From positions 108,066,001 to 108,130,000 of the forward strand of contig OX597816.1 in NCBI GenBank assembly GCA_951406725.2: a DNA stretch of 64,000 nt, read 5' to 3'. The number at the start of each line of letters is the position of its first letter. Position 1 is the first letter of the stretch. Of the stretch, positions 39,905-53,069 are shown in pieces. The notes under the pieces were generated by a model, which was not told where the DNA came from, ran no database searches, and worked only from the letters and a program-made list of their open reading frames with translations. Position numbers and translations under genes: made by a program. Source of the stretch: Octopus vulgaris. Lineage: Eukaryota.

Positions 39905-40462
39905 TGCCATTATTCAGTTCTATGGCAAGATTTCTTGCCAATAGCAAAAGAGCCGGTTTCTAACCTAGTTTCAAAGCTCCTTCATTGGAATTTCAACATG
40001 AACAGGGTATTTTTGTATGTATATGTGCAGCATTTGGAGTCAATGCATGCGCAGAGTTGTATGCTTTGTTCTATGTATGCATTCTCATGCATATACATGC
40101 ATGTCTAGACATGCGCTTATATACTTATATTATAAACTTCTGGCACGTTTTACAGATTTTTACAGTTCCAATGATGGCTTAGATCTGTAGACTTCGAATC
40201 AACTTTCTCCTTTCTGGTTTTGAGAAGAGTAATATATCCATACTAGTACTTAGGTAATGTATTACGTATCCTAGTGCCCTGATAATTACAGGTATAATCT
40301 GGATAGAGTAACTGTAGATTCCTCAGTTGTTCAGTATAGGTATTTTTCTTTTTGCTGATCTTTAGCTTTATGTTAACATCCATTGGGCAGCTGAATTCCG
40401 CAACTGTACACAGTTTCTCTTCTCTATCCCAAATCACAATGTCAGGCTTCTTATGTTTAGAT
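39905..40462 (-). mobile_element. RLE-type LINE 3' fragment, (ATAC)n-associated family, copy 3
   Basis: KHKKPDIVIWDREEKLCTVAEFSCPMDVNIKLK..LRNLQLLYPDY. Same 3' UTR as 15520-16010. (TATG)n on both sides. Confidence 0.88.
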
Positions 40463-40963
40463 TTTATGTATGTATGTATGTATGTATGTATTATGTATGC
40501 ATGCATGTATGTATGCATATTTTACTGCTTAGTTTATAACTTCGTTGACATGTTTTTTCTTATACGAGAACATTACAATATTATGTTGTTTTTTTCAAAA
40601 GTTAATACATTTTTGTAGTATCTATTATTTGTAAATGGTATATTTATGAAAACAATCAAGTATATTCATAGATTAAAGTCGCACCGCAAGGTCATTAGGA
40701 AAGGAAACTCTTTGTCATCGCGTTCCTCAGGGTTCGACCATAGCACGCGAAGCGTTGAATGTTTTTTACTATAGATTACTATAGATTCTAGTCTTCCCAA
40801 ACCTTGAGAAATTTTATGGATAAATGGAAACTGAGAGGGAACTTTTGAAATTCCTAACATAAGATTATAAGGCTATCAGATAAATTCACTGGAAGAACAA
40901 ATGGAACGCTCATTCGAAGAAATCGAAAACAAACACCATAATCAGTTGGTTTATATATATCAA

Positions 40964-41351
40964 CTAGCAGTATCGCCCGGCGTTGTTCGGGTTTGTTTCG
41001 ACCCGCTGGAATTGGAATTTTTGAAAAGTAAAACTTTTGCATTATGTAGCTTGTTATTCTCTTCAAGTGAACATTTTTGTGGTTGAAATACACCGAAAAG
41101 TGGCGACACAGCAGTGAAAAAATCGTAAAAAATAGGGATTTTCATAGAAAAAAGCACCTTTTTGATGTAAATAATTTTTGGTGTTAACATGGTCCTATTT
41201 GAATTTTATCTTCTACGGAAAGAAGAGCAACCCTTCTATCATACTCTCAATTTTGGTCAACTTGCGCCGCAGGGTCTCGAAGGAGATAGTGTTAGTTGAA
41301 GGCTACCAAACCTGGCGCACACAGACAACTTCAGCTTTATATAGAGAGAGA
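40964..41351 (-). mobile_element. Apparently complete non-autonomous Helitron (~390 bp)
   Basis: Minus strand starts A|TCTCTCTCTATATAAAGC and ends CCCG-aacaacgc-CGGG...CTAG|T. Confidence 0.82.
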
Positions 41352-41473
41352 TAACACACACACATTAATACACATACATACACGCACACACACACACACA
41401 TGTATGTATGGATGTATGGATGTATATATGTACATCTGTCCACTTTTTGCCATATTTTTATCCTTCACTTCCT

Positions 41474-41543
<70 letters not shown>

Positions 41544-41699
41544 GCACACACACACACACCTTCTTAGCTTACAATTTTCTTTCAACAATTGACAACTAAA
41601 GTACGCTCGCAAATTAATACTACGAAAACTTAGCGACAGAAAGTAAATTAAAAACCAATTTACCTTTTCTGTTGAGTTATCATTGTATATGTATATTTT

Positions 41700-42237
41700 T
41701 GCGTGTCTATATGTGTAAAGAGAAAGTGGGAGAAAGTGTGGTAATAGGCGGAGTAAAGCCTTTGAAGTGAGAGAAGGAAATCGTAAAATATTGAGTTTTC
41801 TCGAATTTTTGCTTAATTGGGGGTCAAATTGAAAGAAATGTATATGCCATGACCTAATGGAATGTACTTCGAAAAATCATAGGTAAATTCCAATGGAAGA
41901 AATTGTGTGAGGAGTAAATCGTTATGTATTTATTTGTTTCTGTTTGCTCTGTATTTTTTTTTGAGTAGTGGTTTAAGGTACACTTGCAAGAGAAAGTAGG
42001 AGAAAGTATGGTAATAGCAGGAGTGAAGCAGTTGAAATTAGAGAGGCAATTTACTTTTCTCGAATTTTTGCTTAATTGGGAGTCAAATTGAAAAAACTTT
42101 ATATGCCATGACCCAATCGAATCTACTTCGAAAAATCATAGGTTAAATTCCAATTGAAGAAATTCTCTATTGTAGAATTGTATTAAAAAGGAACATGGTA
42201 ACAGACAGAGAAAGTCTGCCTTTTATCATAAGAGATA
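41700..42237 (-). mobile_element. Helitron-like repeat with internal ~180-bp tandem duplication
   Basis: 41719-41905 resembles 41989-42165. Minus-strand start A|TCTCTTATGATAAAAGGC is Helitron-like. 3' end not identified. Confidence 0.5.
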
Positions 42238-44059
42238 ATTTTGGATTTTTGACAGAGAATGCAGAAAACCCTGTATTGTCTTTGTAAATGGTATTTAAAC
42301 TTACACAAAGCTGTCATATTCTAATCAGAACTGTGAAGTATTTACATTTTGAGAAGCTCATTTAGAATGCTAGAAATCATTTATAATGGTTTGTAACATT
42401 GGAAAACAATTTTCATATTTTGGAAGAGGGGTGTTGTCAATGTAATCGAACCAAGTACCTAACTAGCAGGTATACATTTCACCAAGCTACAATGAATAAA
42501 AGACAAAGTTGACTTTGTAGAGATTTGAACCCCGAACATAAGAAGAGTGTACTTATATATTTAAAGGGAGTTTTTCTGATCCACTACAGATTTTTCCTCC
42601 GAACTACTTATTTGACAATATACACAAAGAGGACACGTTAACACTCAACTTGCCTGAGATAAATTCTGCTTTTCTATTAAAAGCATGTACTAGATTATCA
42701 CCTTTATTTTCAAACACCTCATAATCTTTATGATAAACTTCTCTATACATAATGTTACCTTTATGATCACGAAACACATTATTTAGGAGTGATGGAGCAT
42801 ATCAGGAGCATTTCCTTTAAACGTAAGCCAAGGCAAGATTTCTACACCAATTGCTCGCATCTTGTCAGGATACAGCTATATTGAAAATATGCAGTGTAAA
42901 CTGTAAAAATCAATTTACTTGGGAATGAAAATAGTTAACTCGTTTATCTCATAGCAGTCCTACAAAAAGCACAAATCTACTTATCTGTTTAATCGCGCAG
43001 TAAATAACGAAATGAAAAAACAACTTCGATAGAGGATAAAAAAATGAAATAGTCAGAAGAAAATGTAAGAACAATGATATTAAACAGAAAAAGGAAATAG
43101 GAATGCTGTAAAATAAATAGTAAGGTGATATCGAAATAATGTAATATAAACTTCCAAGATCTCGGGAGAACGCTGAGAAATGACAAATGCAACCATAGAT
43201 TGCTCGTTATTTTCGCGTGTGAGTATGTAACTAAATATTTATTTGCGTCAGTTATGTATATACATGTATATATGTATGTGCATATGTGCGCGTGTGTGTC
43301 TTTGTGAATGTACCTATGCATGCATATATAAACATATATAAACATCAGATCTACGTACAAAAATATATAGAAGTATATATGTATGTATGTATATTGTTTG
43401 TGTGTGTATACATATACATCAATCTATATGTATATATGCATGCATGCATACATTCACAAACACACATAGAAGTACACATACTCACACATATTCACACACG
43501 CACTCACACATGCACACACATGCACACACACACACATGTGTGTGTATGTACATTTGTGCGCGCATCTGTCCATGTGTTTTGTTGAAAACGTAAAAAAGAC
43601 AACGTTTTTCCAAAGGTTTCCTTGAAGAGGTAAGTTTCTAAATGCCTCAGAAATAGCATAAAGGGCTCAATCCACAAGGAAATAATTAGCACAGACGTGG
43701 AAAACTGAAAGAATCTCTTTTATTTCACATATCAGCAAAGTAATGGTACTAATTTTCACAAAGAAAGTGAACCTGCAGTTGAAAAATGGCTTGTCTATCT
43801 CCCAACAATTTTTCATGTAGATAGAGATTGCTTCAAACAGCCTTAATACCGTTACGATAAAACTATTGCTAAATCTATTCAACTGTTCACTTGTAGATAT
43901 GCAATATCTTGACGTTGCGAGTCCCACTGAGCAAGTTAGTAATGGAGATGTCACAAACTACGTGATCTCGGCAGTGTCGAAAATCTAGGAGAGTGGTTGA
44001 CGCTGTTCGTAAAAAGCGTTTTTTCAAAAGATAAAAATGATTTTCTGTAGAGTATAAAA

Positions 44060-44510
44060 GGAAACTATTTGAGAACCATTACAATTTGTAGTGGTTCTCT
44101 CAGACATGCCATCAATGATATGAACAATCACTACCGATACAAAAAATATCAAAGGCAGTCAGAGATAGGATAATATAAAAAACTTTCAGAAATATTTCAA
44201 TGCAATCTGTAAGTAGGATAGAGGAAATAACATGCAATTTAATGCTGGAAAATTTCAAACACTTCGCTATCAAGTTTTTCACATGTTGCAACCAGGACAA
44301 GCAAACAGAAAAGAGTGCAATGCCAACTTCACAATTAGTATATGATCCAGGTAGGAAAAGAGGCAAAGACGCATCATTTTGTATGCATGTTTCTAAGATG
44401 GCGACAATGCACAAATAATTGGGGCGATGGATTGCGATATATTTCAAAAATATGGAATGTAATGACATGACAAACATAGGTAGAATATACAGTTTTTTTC
44501 TCAATCGTCT
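44060..44510 (+). mobile_element. CR1/L2-type LINE RT fragment
   Basis: FVVVLSDMP..TDTKI..QKYFNAICK*DRGNNMQFNAGKFQTLRY..HVSKMA. Confidence 0.6.
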
Positions 44511-44697
44511 ACAGTAATGCTCGTAAATATTTTTTCAAGTGATATAAGAGAGGTTCCGTAACTCGGAGAAGTTCAACGTTAATACACTAAGTAGATTAAT
44601 ACGATGTTAACGGCTGCTGCTCGATGTTAATAAGTAGAGTATATAATGCGCTAAGGAGATTATATACAAACATATGTATGTATACTTGTTTGCGTGT

Positions 44698-44845
44698 GAC
44701 GGCGCGTGTCCTGTTGTTTAGGTTATTGCACTCACGATCGCAATTTCATCGTTTCCATTCGAAGACCAGCAGTGCTTTGTGATCTTGAGCAAAACATTTT
44801 ATTTCATCTTGCTCCAGTCCACCTAGCTGCAAAATGGATAACCAG
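44698..44845 (+). mobile_element. SINE family C, diverged
   Basis: ggcgcgtg..cacgatcg..cttgagcaaaacatt..ttgctccagtccac matches 11298-11525. Confidence 0.7.
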
Positions 44846-45022
44846 TCGACGGTTTGGCTTGCCTGCCAAACCAGGAGGATGGCATAATTTCAAGGCTGCA
44901 GCAATGCGAGTAAGCGCACTGTGAACGGTGATATATGATCACATCCGATAGTCTAGCCGATACATTGATAGAATAATATATATATATCAAATCATGTATA
45001 TACTCATAAATATTTATATACA

Positions 45023-45084
<62 letters not shown>

Positions 45085-45217
45085 TAGGTATCTATAGCAT
45101 TCATCATGTGTAGCAGGAGAGATAGCGAGGCCGTTGATACACTGATGGTGGGTTTACACCGACTTTCCACTTTCAGAATCAAATACGAGCATGCATGTGT
45201 ATATATGCATGTATTTA

Positions 45218-45264
<47 letters not shown>

Positions 45265-45267
<3 letters not shown>

Positions 45268-45438
45268 CACTAAACTTTTTTCTATTTTCTCTCCCTGTTT
45301 ATTTCTGTGTTCCTTTCTGTCGAAGAGCAAAGGCTCGAAACGTGAAAGTATTTCTCATTTCCCGAGCGTTTAACTAATACATTTGTTTGTTCTTTACACA
45401 CCCGTCTTCATCTTTTGTTTTTATGGGGGAGGAAATTC

Positions 45439-45443
<5 letters not shown>
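45265..45443 (+). mobile_element. ~180-bp (TA)n-flanked element with hammerhead-like motif (45313-45348)
   Basis: CTTT-CTGTCGAA-GAGC-aaag-GCTC-GAAA-CG-TG-AAAG. Body homologous to the copies at 55372 and 57021. Confidence 0.75.
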
Positions 45444-45481
<38 letters not shown>

Positions 45482-45588
45482 GTGTGTATGTATGTATGTA
45501 TGTATGTATGTATGTATGTATGCATGCATGTATGCATGTATGTATATATGTACGTACATATGTGTATACGTATGAATATAGGTAAGTG

Positions 45589-45620
<32 letters not shown>

Positions 45621-45640
45621 TGTATCTATCTATCTATCTA

Positions 45641-45679
<39 letters not shown>

Positions 45680-46985
45680 GTCTATGAGAAAAACAGCACA
45701 CATATGTATACGTAATATAGACAACATTGTGCAAATTTTCACCTAAAAGGAAAACTATTATTGTAACTAAATATGACTAGGGTATTAGAAACACCTACAT
45801 TACAAGAAATCAGAGCTAAAATGCTCTAATTCTGTAGTCAAAGCACATAATTGTATACAAATATACAAATAAATATATATACGCTTGCATACATGTATGT
45901 GTACTTTAATTCTCTCTTGCTACCTCTCTCTTTTCCTCAATATATGTTTACATAATGGTATTTAACATACAAGTGAATGTATGTGCGTGTAAGGATGTAT
46001 ATATGTGAATCTGTATATGTATATATATATGTATGTATATATATATATATGTATGTATGTATGAATGTATGTATGTATGTATGTGTGTATTGTATGTATG
46101 TATGTATGTATGTATGTAAGTGTGTATGTATGTGTGTATGTGTACATGTGTGGGTGTGCTTTGTACATGTGTCTGGATGTGTGTGTAAGTGTGTGTGTGC
46201 GCGCTAGTGTGTGTATAACTTTCCCGTGATTGGTTTTCTTATAATATATTATACAGTATATCATCAATAATATAGTCTTATGATAAGTGTGAAAATAGTG
46301 TAGTCTCGATAATTACTAATACCTTACTCAAGACGGTCTAGTGGTAGCGCCATTAAGCGTATGTATATGCGTGTATAAGTATTCATGTATACACGTATAT
46401 ATACGTACTTGTGTTTTAGGATGTTCATTGTTGCTTAAAACCTACACTTCCGTATCCATTTTTTAAATATTTACACAGACAAATAAGTCATTGGAAAACA
46501 TGTTAGAAACCTACGAATAGACATAATATATTTGTTCAATAAGAATCAACCTATATCAATATATTTTGCCATGCTTTCCTGGCCGGAAAAACATCGTTAA
46601 TAAACACCGATAGCACTAATTATAACTAATATCCTTATATTTACCTCACAGCCTTATAAGACCTACAACTGTAACAATATGTTTCAGAGTTTATTTGGTA
46701 ATGGGCCAAACTAATCCACCGTAACGAACAACCTTCTTTGGATTTGGATAGACTTTTCCTCAAATAACAGTCTAATTTAGTGTTAGCTAGACTGGTTTCT
46801 GAAATCTTGGTTTTAGCATCAATTATAGAGTGAGAACATAGACGACATGCACCTCATCCTCACCCCAACCCCTTCGTCACTCCAAACTCCCCCACACTTA
46901 CCCCTCCTCTCCCTTCTCCCAGCCATCCACTATCCTCAATACCCTTCTCACATCTGACCCATCCACCCCTCCGCACTTCAGTCAG

Positions 46986-47180
46986 TTGGTAGCATTCCTC
47001 TTGATAGGGGGTCTGCGCTTCATCCCCCTCACTCCATCCAGTAACGAATTTCAGACTCGTACTGATATTCATAACCTTGTGCGTCATGTCAGGCTATATG
47101 CACTATTACACAACATCCCGCCTGTAGCTAATGAAGAGGACTGCTTCACCGACCTTGACCAACGACCATCCCACTGGACA
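46986..47180 (+). mobile_element. Penelope-like ORF N-terminal fragment
   Basis: LLIGGLRFIPLTPSSNEFQTRTDIHNLVRHVRLYA..DCFTDL..SHWT resembles the PLE L.KGL.F+P..NEF..D..F.RR+RL..SWTP region. Confidence 0.6.
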
Positions 47181-47231
47181 CTGTGTATGTTATTTTTTCC
47201 CATGCCGGCCACTTGATAAGATCGATATTAT

Positions 47232-47295
<64 letters not shown>

Positions 47296-47411
47296 ATCCA
47301 CCAGACTATCGTATGTTGTTATACATCACTCGTCACAATGCGGTTTGCTTCGTTTTAGCTTTGATGCAACAGTCTCTGTCAATTTCACTCTCATATAATG
47401 TAAGTATATAC

Positions 47412-47465
<54 letters not shown>

Positions 47466-48145
47466 GCGCGCATGTATATGTATGGCTTTCGATAATTAAA
47501 GAGAGATAACTCTAAACATTTGTTGTTTTTTCTTTTATAGTGAGCGATTCCGCGAAGTAAAACGTCTATGTGTAGAAATAGTTTGTATCAAGTAAATATT
47601 TAGATTTCTCACTTTAGGGAAATATATTTGCTTAGAAAATAATCAATTCACTAGCGCCAGCTGCATGATTAACAGTAACTGCTCAAGTATTAACATTTAC
47701 AATGCAAAACACATTAAAAGGATAACTAGAACTAAATGTGAGAAGAAAAGCTACACAAGACTTGGCCCAATGGTAACAATACATTTTTTTTTTTTTGATG
47801 GCGAAGCACTTTAACTCTCGTTATTTAATTCTATTTTGATTAAAGTGCGTATATTTTGATACACTAATTCAAAGTTGTAAGTAACGGTTGCTTTCTAAAA
47901 TTGGTAGGTAATTCTTTTCCTTCCAATGCCGAATTCAATCTCTGCTAAAATGACTAGTGGAAGGTTAACTGCGACAGAATAGAGTTTTATCTAGGTAACT
48001 GTAAACCGCATATTCTTTTAATGCAACGGAAGTTCGACAGGTCAATGTTAAAGAAAATTTTATGTACATACACACATATATACATACGTACATATATTTA
48101 TGCCTTGTACATACATAAATACATACACACACACACACGCACACA

Positions 48146-48234
<89 letters not shown>

Positions 48235-48289
48235 CATATTCGTATTTGGTTTGCAAGATTCTTGATGTGAATTCGTGTATTGAAAGAAA

Positions 48290-48653
48290 TACTATTGAAC
48301 CTTGGGAGGGGCATTATGCAGGTAATAATAAACGCAAGTACTTTATTGTTATTGTTAGTTAATTGGTTAGTTACTCCGTTAAAACTTTATCGATCAGCTG
48401 TTTTTTACTAGTTTTTCAAACTCATATGTTAAACACTTTGGTCAAACAGTTAATCGTTCAAGTGTTAATTGTTCGTGTTGTCATTTTTTTTTACAGCATG
48501 AACAATGCTAAACATTTGAATGATGAAAAAACGGTTGATCGATACATTTTTAACGGAGTAACTAACCCATTAACTAACAATAACAATAAAGGACCGAACC
48601 AGTGAGTGTGTTTATCATTACCGGCATAAAGCCCCTCCCAAGGTTCAATAGTA
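48290..48653. mobile_element. Long-TIR MITE with TA ends
   Basis: TACTATTGAACCTTGGGAGGGGC / GCCCCTCCCAAGGTTCAATAGTA. Complementarity extends more than 100 bp inward. Confidence 0.88.
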
Positions 48654-48659
48654 TATATA

Positions 48660-48917
48660 TATTTCGTTTTGGGATTTGGTTTGCAAGATTCTTCATATGA
48701 GTTCGTGTGTTGAAGCATATTCTGTTGTGTCTGGGGAGAGTCATTTTCTTTTTGTGCCTTATAATTTAACACACTCACCGCTAAAATTTCCACTTATTTC
48801 TTATTTTTATTTTCCTAGAATTTTTGTTGCGTCTTGCAAACTTTTCAAGACCATTGAAAAGGTTGCAAGACTCAACGAAAATTTTAGGAAATTTTAGAAA
48901 ATAAGAAATAAGTGGAA
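48660..48917. mobile_element. Second copy of the 18281-18587 foldback MITE, right arm truncated
   Basis: Near-identical left arm and central ttgcaa.cttttcaa/ttgaaaaggttgcaa palindrome. Confidence 0.85.
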
Positions 48918-49539
48918 GGTATTTCCTCTGTCGCTTAATGGCGCTACCACTAGACCGTCTTGAGTAAGGTATTAGTAATTATCGAGACTACACTATTTTC
49001 ACACTTATCATAAGACTATATTATTGATGATATACTGTATAATATATTATAAGAAAACCAATCACGGGAAAGTTATACACACACAGGCGCGCACACACAC
49101 ACTTACACACACATCCAGACACATGCACAAAGCACACCCACACATGTACACATACATTCATATCATTCACACCGATACATACATACACATGCACACCTAT
49201 TGTACAAACGTTGCTTGAAAAAGATATAACTCATCAGATTCGCAAGCAGACCTTCAATTAACATAGTACAAATTTGACTCATTTTCAATCCTGCTTTTCC
49301 CTGTCTAAACCTAAAGCATAAAAATGTAAATACCTTTCTTACACTGCTTCACTTATTATATCGCGGTTTCGAGACCCAACATCAAACATTTCCTCGAATT
49401 TTATTTTTCTCAGAACCGTACACGTCTGAACTTTTATTACAACCCACTCCCAATTTGTTTACGTCCAAGCTGCTACAATTTAAATCGAACATTAAAAACA
49501 CTATTGATACCCAGACATCGTTACGTTGTAATCTACGAG

Positions 49540-49960
49540 TATTTAAAAACTTATAATGACAAGCTATCCTCTTCAAACGCAGCATAAAAAGTTTTAAGCC
49601 AATCGCATGTGGCATTTATCAATTTCGTCTTAACGAAGTTCGTGCTAGTTAAAAGAGTTGTAAAACATCAATTTAACTCCTATTGCTCTCTGTAATCTCT
49701 ATATAGTCTCTGTCACTGAACTAATTCCAGTTTTCTTTTTGGTAGTGATTTGACATCTCATAAAATACCTCAATTAGATTATTTTTTTTTATACAACCTC
49801 GAGTGAAAGATATTTTGAAACTTTACTCGTAATACTGTTTCTGCTTCTATTGAGAAGTTTTTCTGTGCTGGAATGTATTATCATTCTTTCAGTCAAATGC
49901 CAACTACGCTGCTTCACTTGGCAACTATCCAAACCACCATGTTTTACTGTAACGGCAACT
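49540..49960 (-). mobile_element. Possible decayed CR1-type LINE 3' region
   Basis: Frameshifted pieces resembling VW.P...YE.RL..FTLE...LIEVF. Confidence 0.4.
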
Positions 49961-51389
49961 TCTCCCTAACCTCAAAACAAAGCACTGTGTTTTTCAACTA
50001 TGTTGGTTTGTTACTATTTATAGTGTCGTTACTCAAGTGAGCAGTTTTTTTGCGTAATTGCTTAGCCCTTAGTCATTGCTAACTAAGCTGACCTTGATTA
50101 AGACCAAAGGGAGATCTAGATATGAATATACTGTTTTTTGGTTTGTATTTTAGCAGGTATCTGTTAAAGATCTTTACATTCTTAATCAAAATTCCACCTC
50201 AATGACCAGCTTCCTCATGATGTGTTTCGAGATAATCGCGATCCGACTACGCTGTTAAGACTCCACTGTTAAACACAACAATTTATTGATTGTTAAATAG
50301 TATCTCAATTGAATGGGTCTCAAAAATTGAATGGATCCTATCCTAAAATGGGAACAAACAAACAGACAGAAAAATTAACTTTCTCGAAATCATACGGATT
50401 ACAACTTGTATTACTCTCATTGTCTCCATATCGAAAAGCAAGTAAAGAAGCTAGAATTTCCTCTACAAGCATTCCTAATGTATTCCTATTAAAAATTACT
50501 GTCTTCTTATCTAAGGTAATGCATCATAGTTTTCAATTTTAACATGATAGACTACATTTCGTGGGAAACTTTTCAAACAATCGGGAAATTCCCATTAGTT
50601 CACTATCTGTGTACTTTGTTTCAGCGCTTTCCTTCTCGTTCTTTCAACTTTGCTGCTATATAAAACATCTCCTTTGAAGTTACCGATTATATCATAACTT
50701 CACTGAAAGAGAACAACCAGAACTTAATTTAAGAAGTGAATATCCTCCTGGCGTTTGATAATTGAACATGTGGTAAAAACAGCAACCAAACCTTACTCAA
50801 ATGACATCAGAATTTCAAAATGGGTTGCATACAATTGGATAATGTAGTCTTCCTGCTTTAATGGTATTTAAGAATTTACTTGACAATTCATTCTGCTCCT
50901 TTTTTCAAAGAAATAGAGTGTGATTTGAGGGATAGCTCTCTGCTTTTTCGAGCAGATCATCTGTCTGCATAGACGATCTGTCGTTGGATTATATGGGTGA
51001 AATCGCTATAGGTAGTGTGAGTTGATTCAGTTTTATACAAAGAAACTATTTGATTGAAACTTGTGTTCATAATAACACCATTATCGCTGCATTCGATATA
51101 TTTTAAACATTATCTCTGGATTTCCTCCTAGAGTATGTTTCAATTTCTGACTTATTCAGTTAATAAAACATCCATGAATAGTTATGTACATTTCTGTGGA
51201 GAATATTAACGATCTTTAATATAAAATAAACATGAACTTAATAGATTTTTATTTATAAATACACATGCATATATAATAATGTTTTTAAAATTAAACAATC
51301 AAAATTACATAACTGACAAGGTGTCTCTGAAGTAAAAGTATAGTATTATTATTCATGGAATAATAGTTGCAATGAAAGAAGATATAACA

Positions 51390-51622
51390 ATATTTGTTTC
51401 AAATCTTGACACAAGACCAGAAATTTTGTAAGTGGGGATAAGTCGATTTCATTGGCGTCAGTGTTCAACTTGCACTTATTTTATCCACTCCGAAAGGATG
51501 AAAGGCAGATTTTGAACTGAGAATTTGAACTCAGCAGAATTTGAACTGAGAACGTATAGTCGAATAAAATGCCGTTAAGCATTTTGTCCGGTGTGCTAAC
51601 AGTACTGCTACTTCGTCATCTT
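51390..51622 (-). mobile_element. SINE family A (minus strand)
   Basis: cgaaaggatgaaaggca, gaatttgaactgagaacgta and aagcattttgtccggtgtgctaac are the reverse complement of family A. Confidence 0.82.
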
Positions 51623-51652
51623 ACAATATCATTTAATATTGCGGAAACGTAA

Positions 51653-51844
51653 GGCGGCGAACTGGTAGAATCGTTAGCATGCCGGGCAAAATGCATAGCG
51701 GCATTCGTCTGACTTTACCATCTGAGTCGACTTTGCTGTTCATCATTTCCGGGTCGATAAAATAAGTAATGGTAGAAACTGGAGCCGATGTAATCGACTT
51801 AACCATCCCTTGAAATTGCTGGCCTTGAGCCAAAATTTGAAACC
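51653..51844 (+). mobile_element. SINE family A with ~18-bp imperfect TSD
   Basis: Head ggcggcgaactggtagaatcgttagc. Flanks aatattgcggaaacgtaa / aatattgaggaaacataa. Confidence 0.88.
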
Positions 51845-52549
51845 AATATTGAGGAAACATAAAATGCTATCATGTCAATAAAAAAAAAATTCTATTATTA
51901 GCTAATAATTAAATTTATTTATCCTAAGATGTATTCAACATGTACTTTTATCATACTATCACAATAGGAGGAAATCTTTAACATTTTTCATCATAAACGA
52001 GCATTGAACATTTTATATATATATATATATACACGCGTGTGTGTGTGTGTTTGTACTTGTGTATATCTTATATACAGTGGAATAGGAATAAACATTTCTC
52101 GTGTAAAATTAAACAATTAAACGCTTAATATCACATGCGTTTCTAATCAATAGAGTAAGTTTCATGCATGACTGTATATTATGATATAAATCAATTCACT
52201 TTTTACTTTTTACTTTATGAAAGCCAAAACTAAAACAAAAAATCCATTATGCTGTTTTAAATACTCTGGGGGATAAATATTTTATAATTGTCGTAAAATT
52301 AACAGATAATTTACTAAGCGTAAAACATTAATTCATAGATTAGGCGTCACAAACATTTTAGCTTTCCGTTAACAAAATAACGAGTAAAATCTATTACAAT
52401 TAATTAGACCAAATGATTTACAAAATAATATTTTATTATTAATTACCCAAAGGAATAAACGACAGATTTTCCCTTTTCTTTTCAAAAATGCATACTGTCG
52501 CACAGGAATGTAGTTACGATTCTATCTATCTTATCTATCTCTTCCACTC

Positions 52550-52596
<47 letters not shown>

Positions 52597-53001
52597 TTAA
52601 CATGTATATACACGGATATATTTGCATACACAAACAAATTTTATACTCACATTATGTGTAATAATTTAATTACTTAGCATTTTAGCGTTCAATTCACAAC
52701 GTAAGGTGAGATATAAGGGTATATTGATACTTATATATATATATGAAAATTACAATAAATAGATAAATATCTATTAGCTTGACTATGGAAAAATCCTAAT
52801 CGAAAAGATGGAAAATAAACTTACTATATCATTACAATAATGCTTCCAAACATACGTTGATGTAATACTTGATTTTTACACCTTATCCATTATACCATTA
52901 TACCACTACAAAGGATTGTATTTGAACACTGACATCTTGATAACTGTGTTTATATTTATGTATGTGTGTGTGTTTATGTGTGTGAGCTTGTGTGTGAGTA
53001 T

Positions 53002-53069
<68 letters not shown>

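Larger units (their letters stand above)
46136..49155. repeat. Near-identical 224-bp inverted duplication (46136-46359 and 48932-49155)
   Basis: The arms are reverse complements with only a few differences. ORFs 45962..46267(-) and 49024..49218(+) share MMIYCIIYYKKTNHGKVIHT. Confidence 0.92.
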
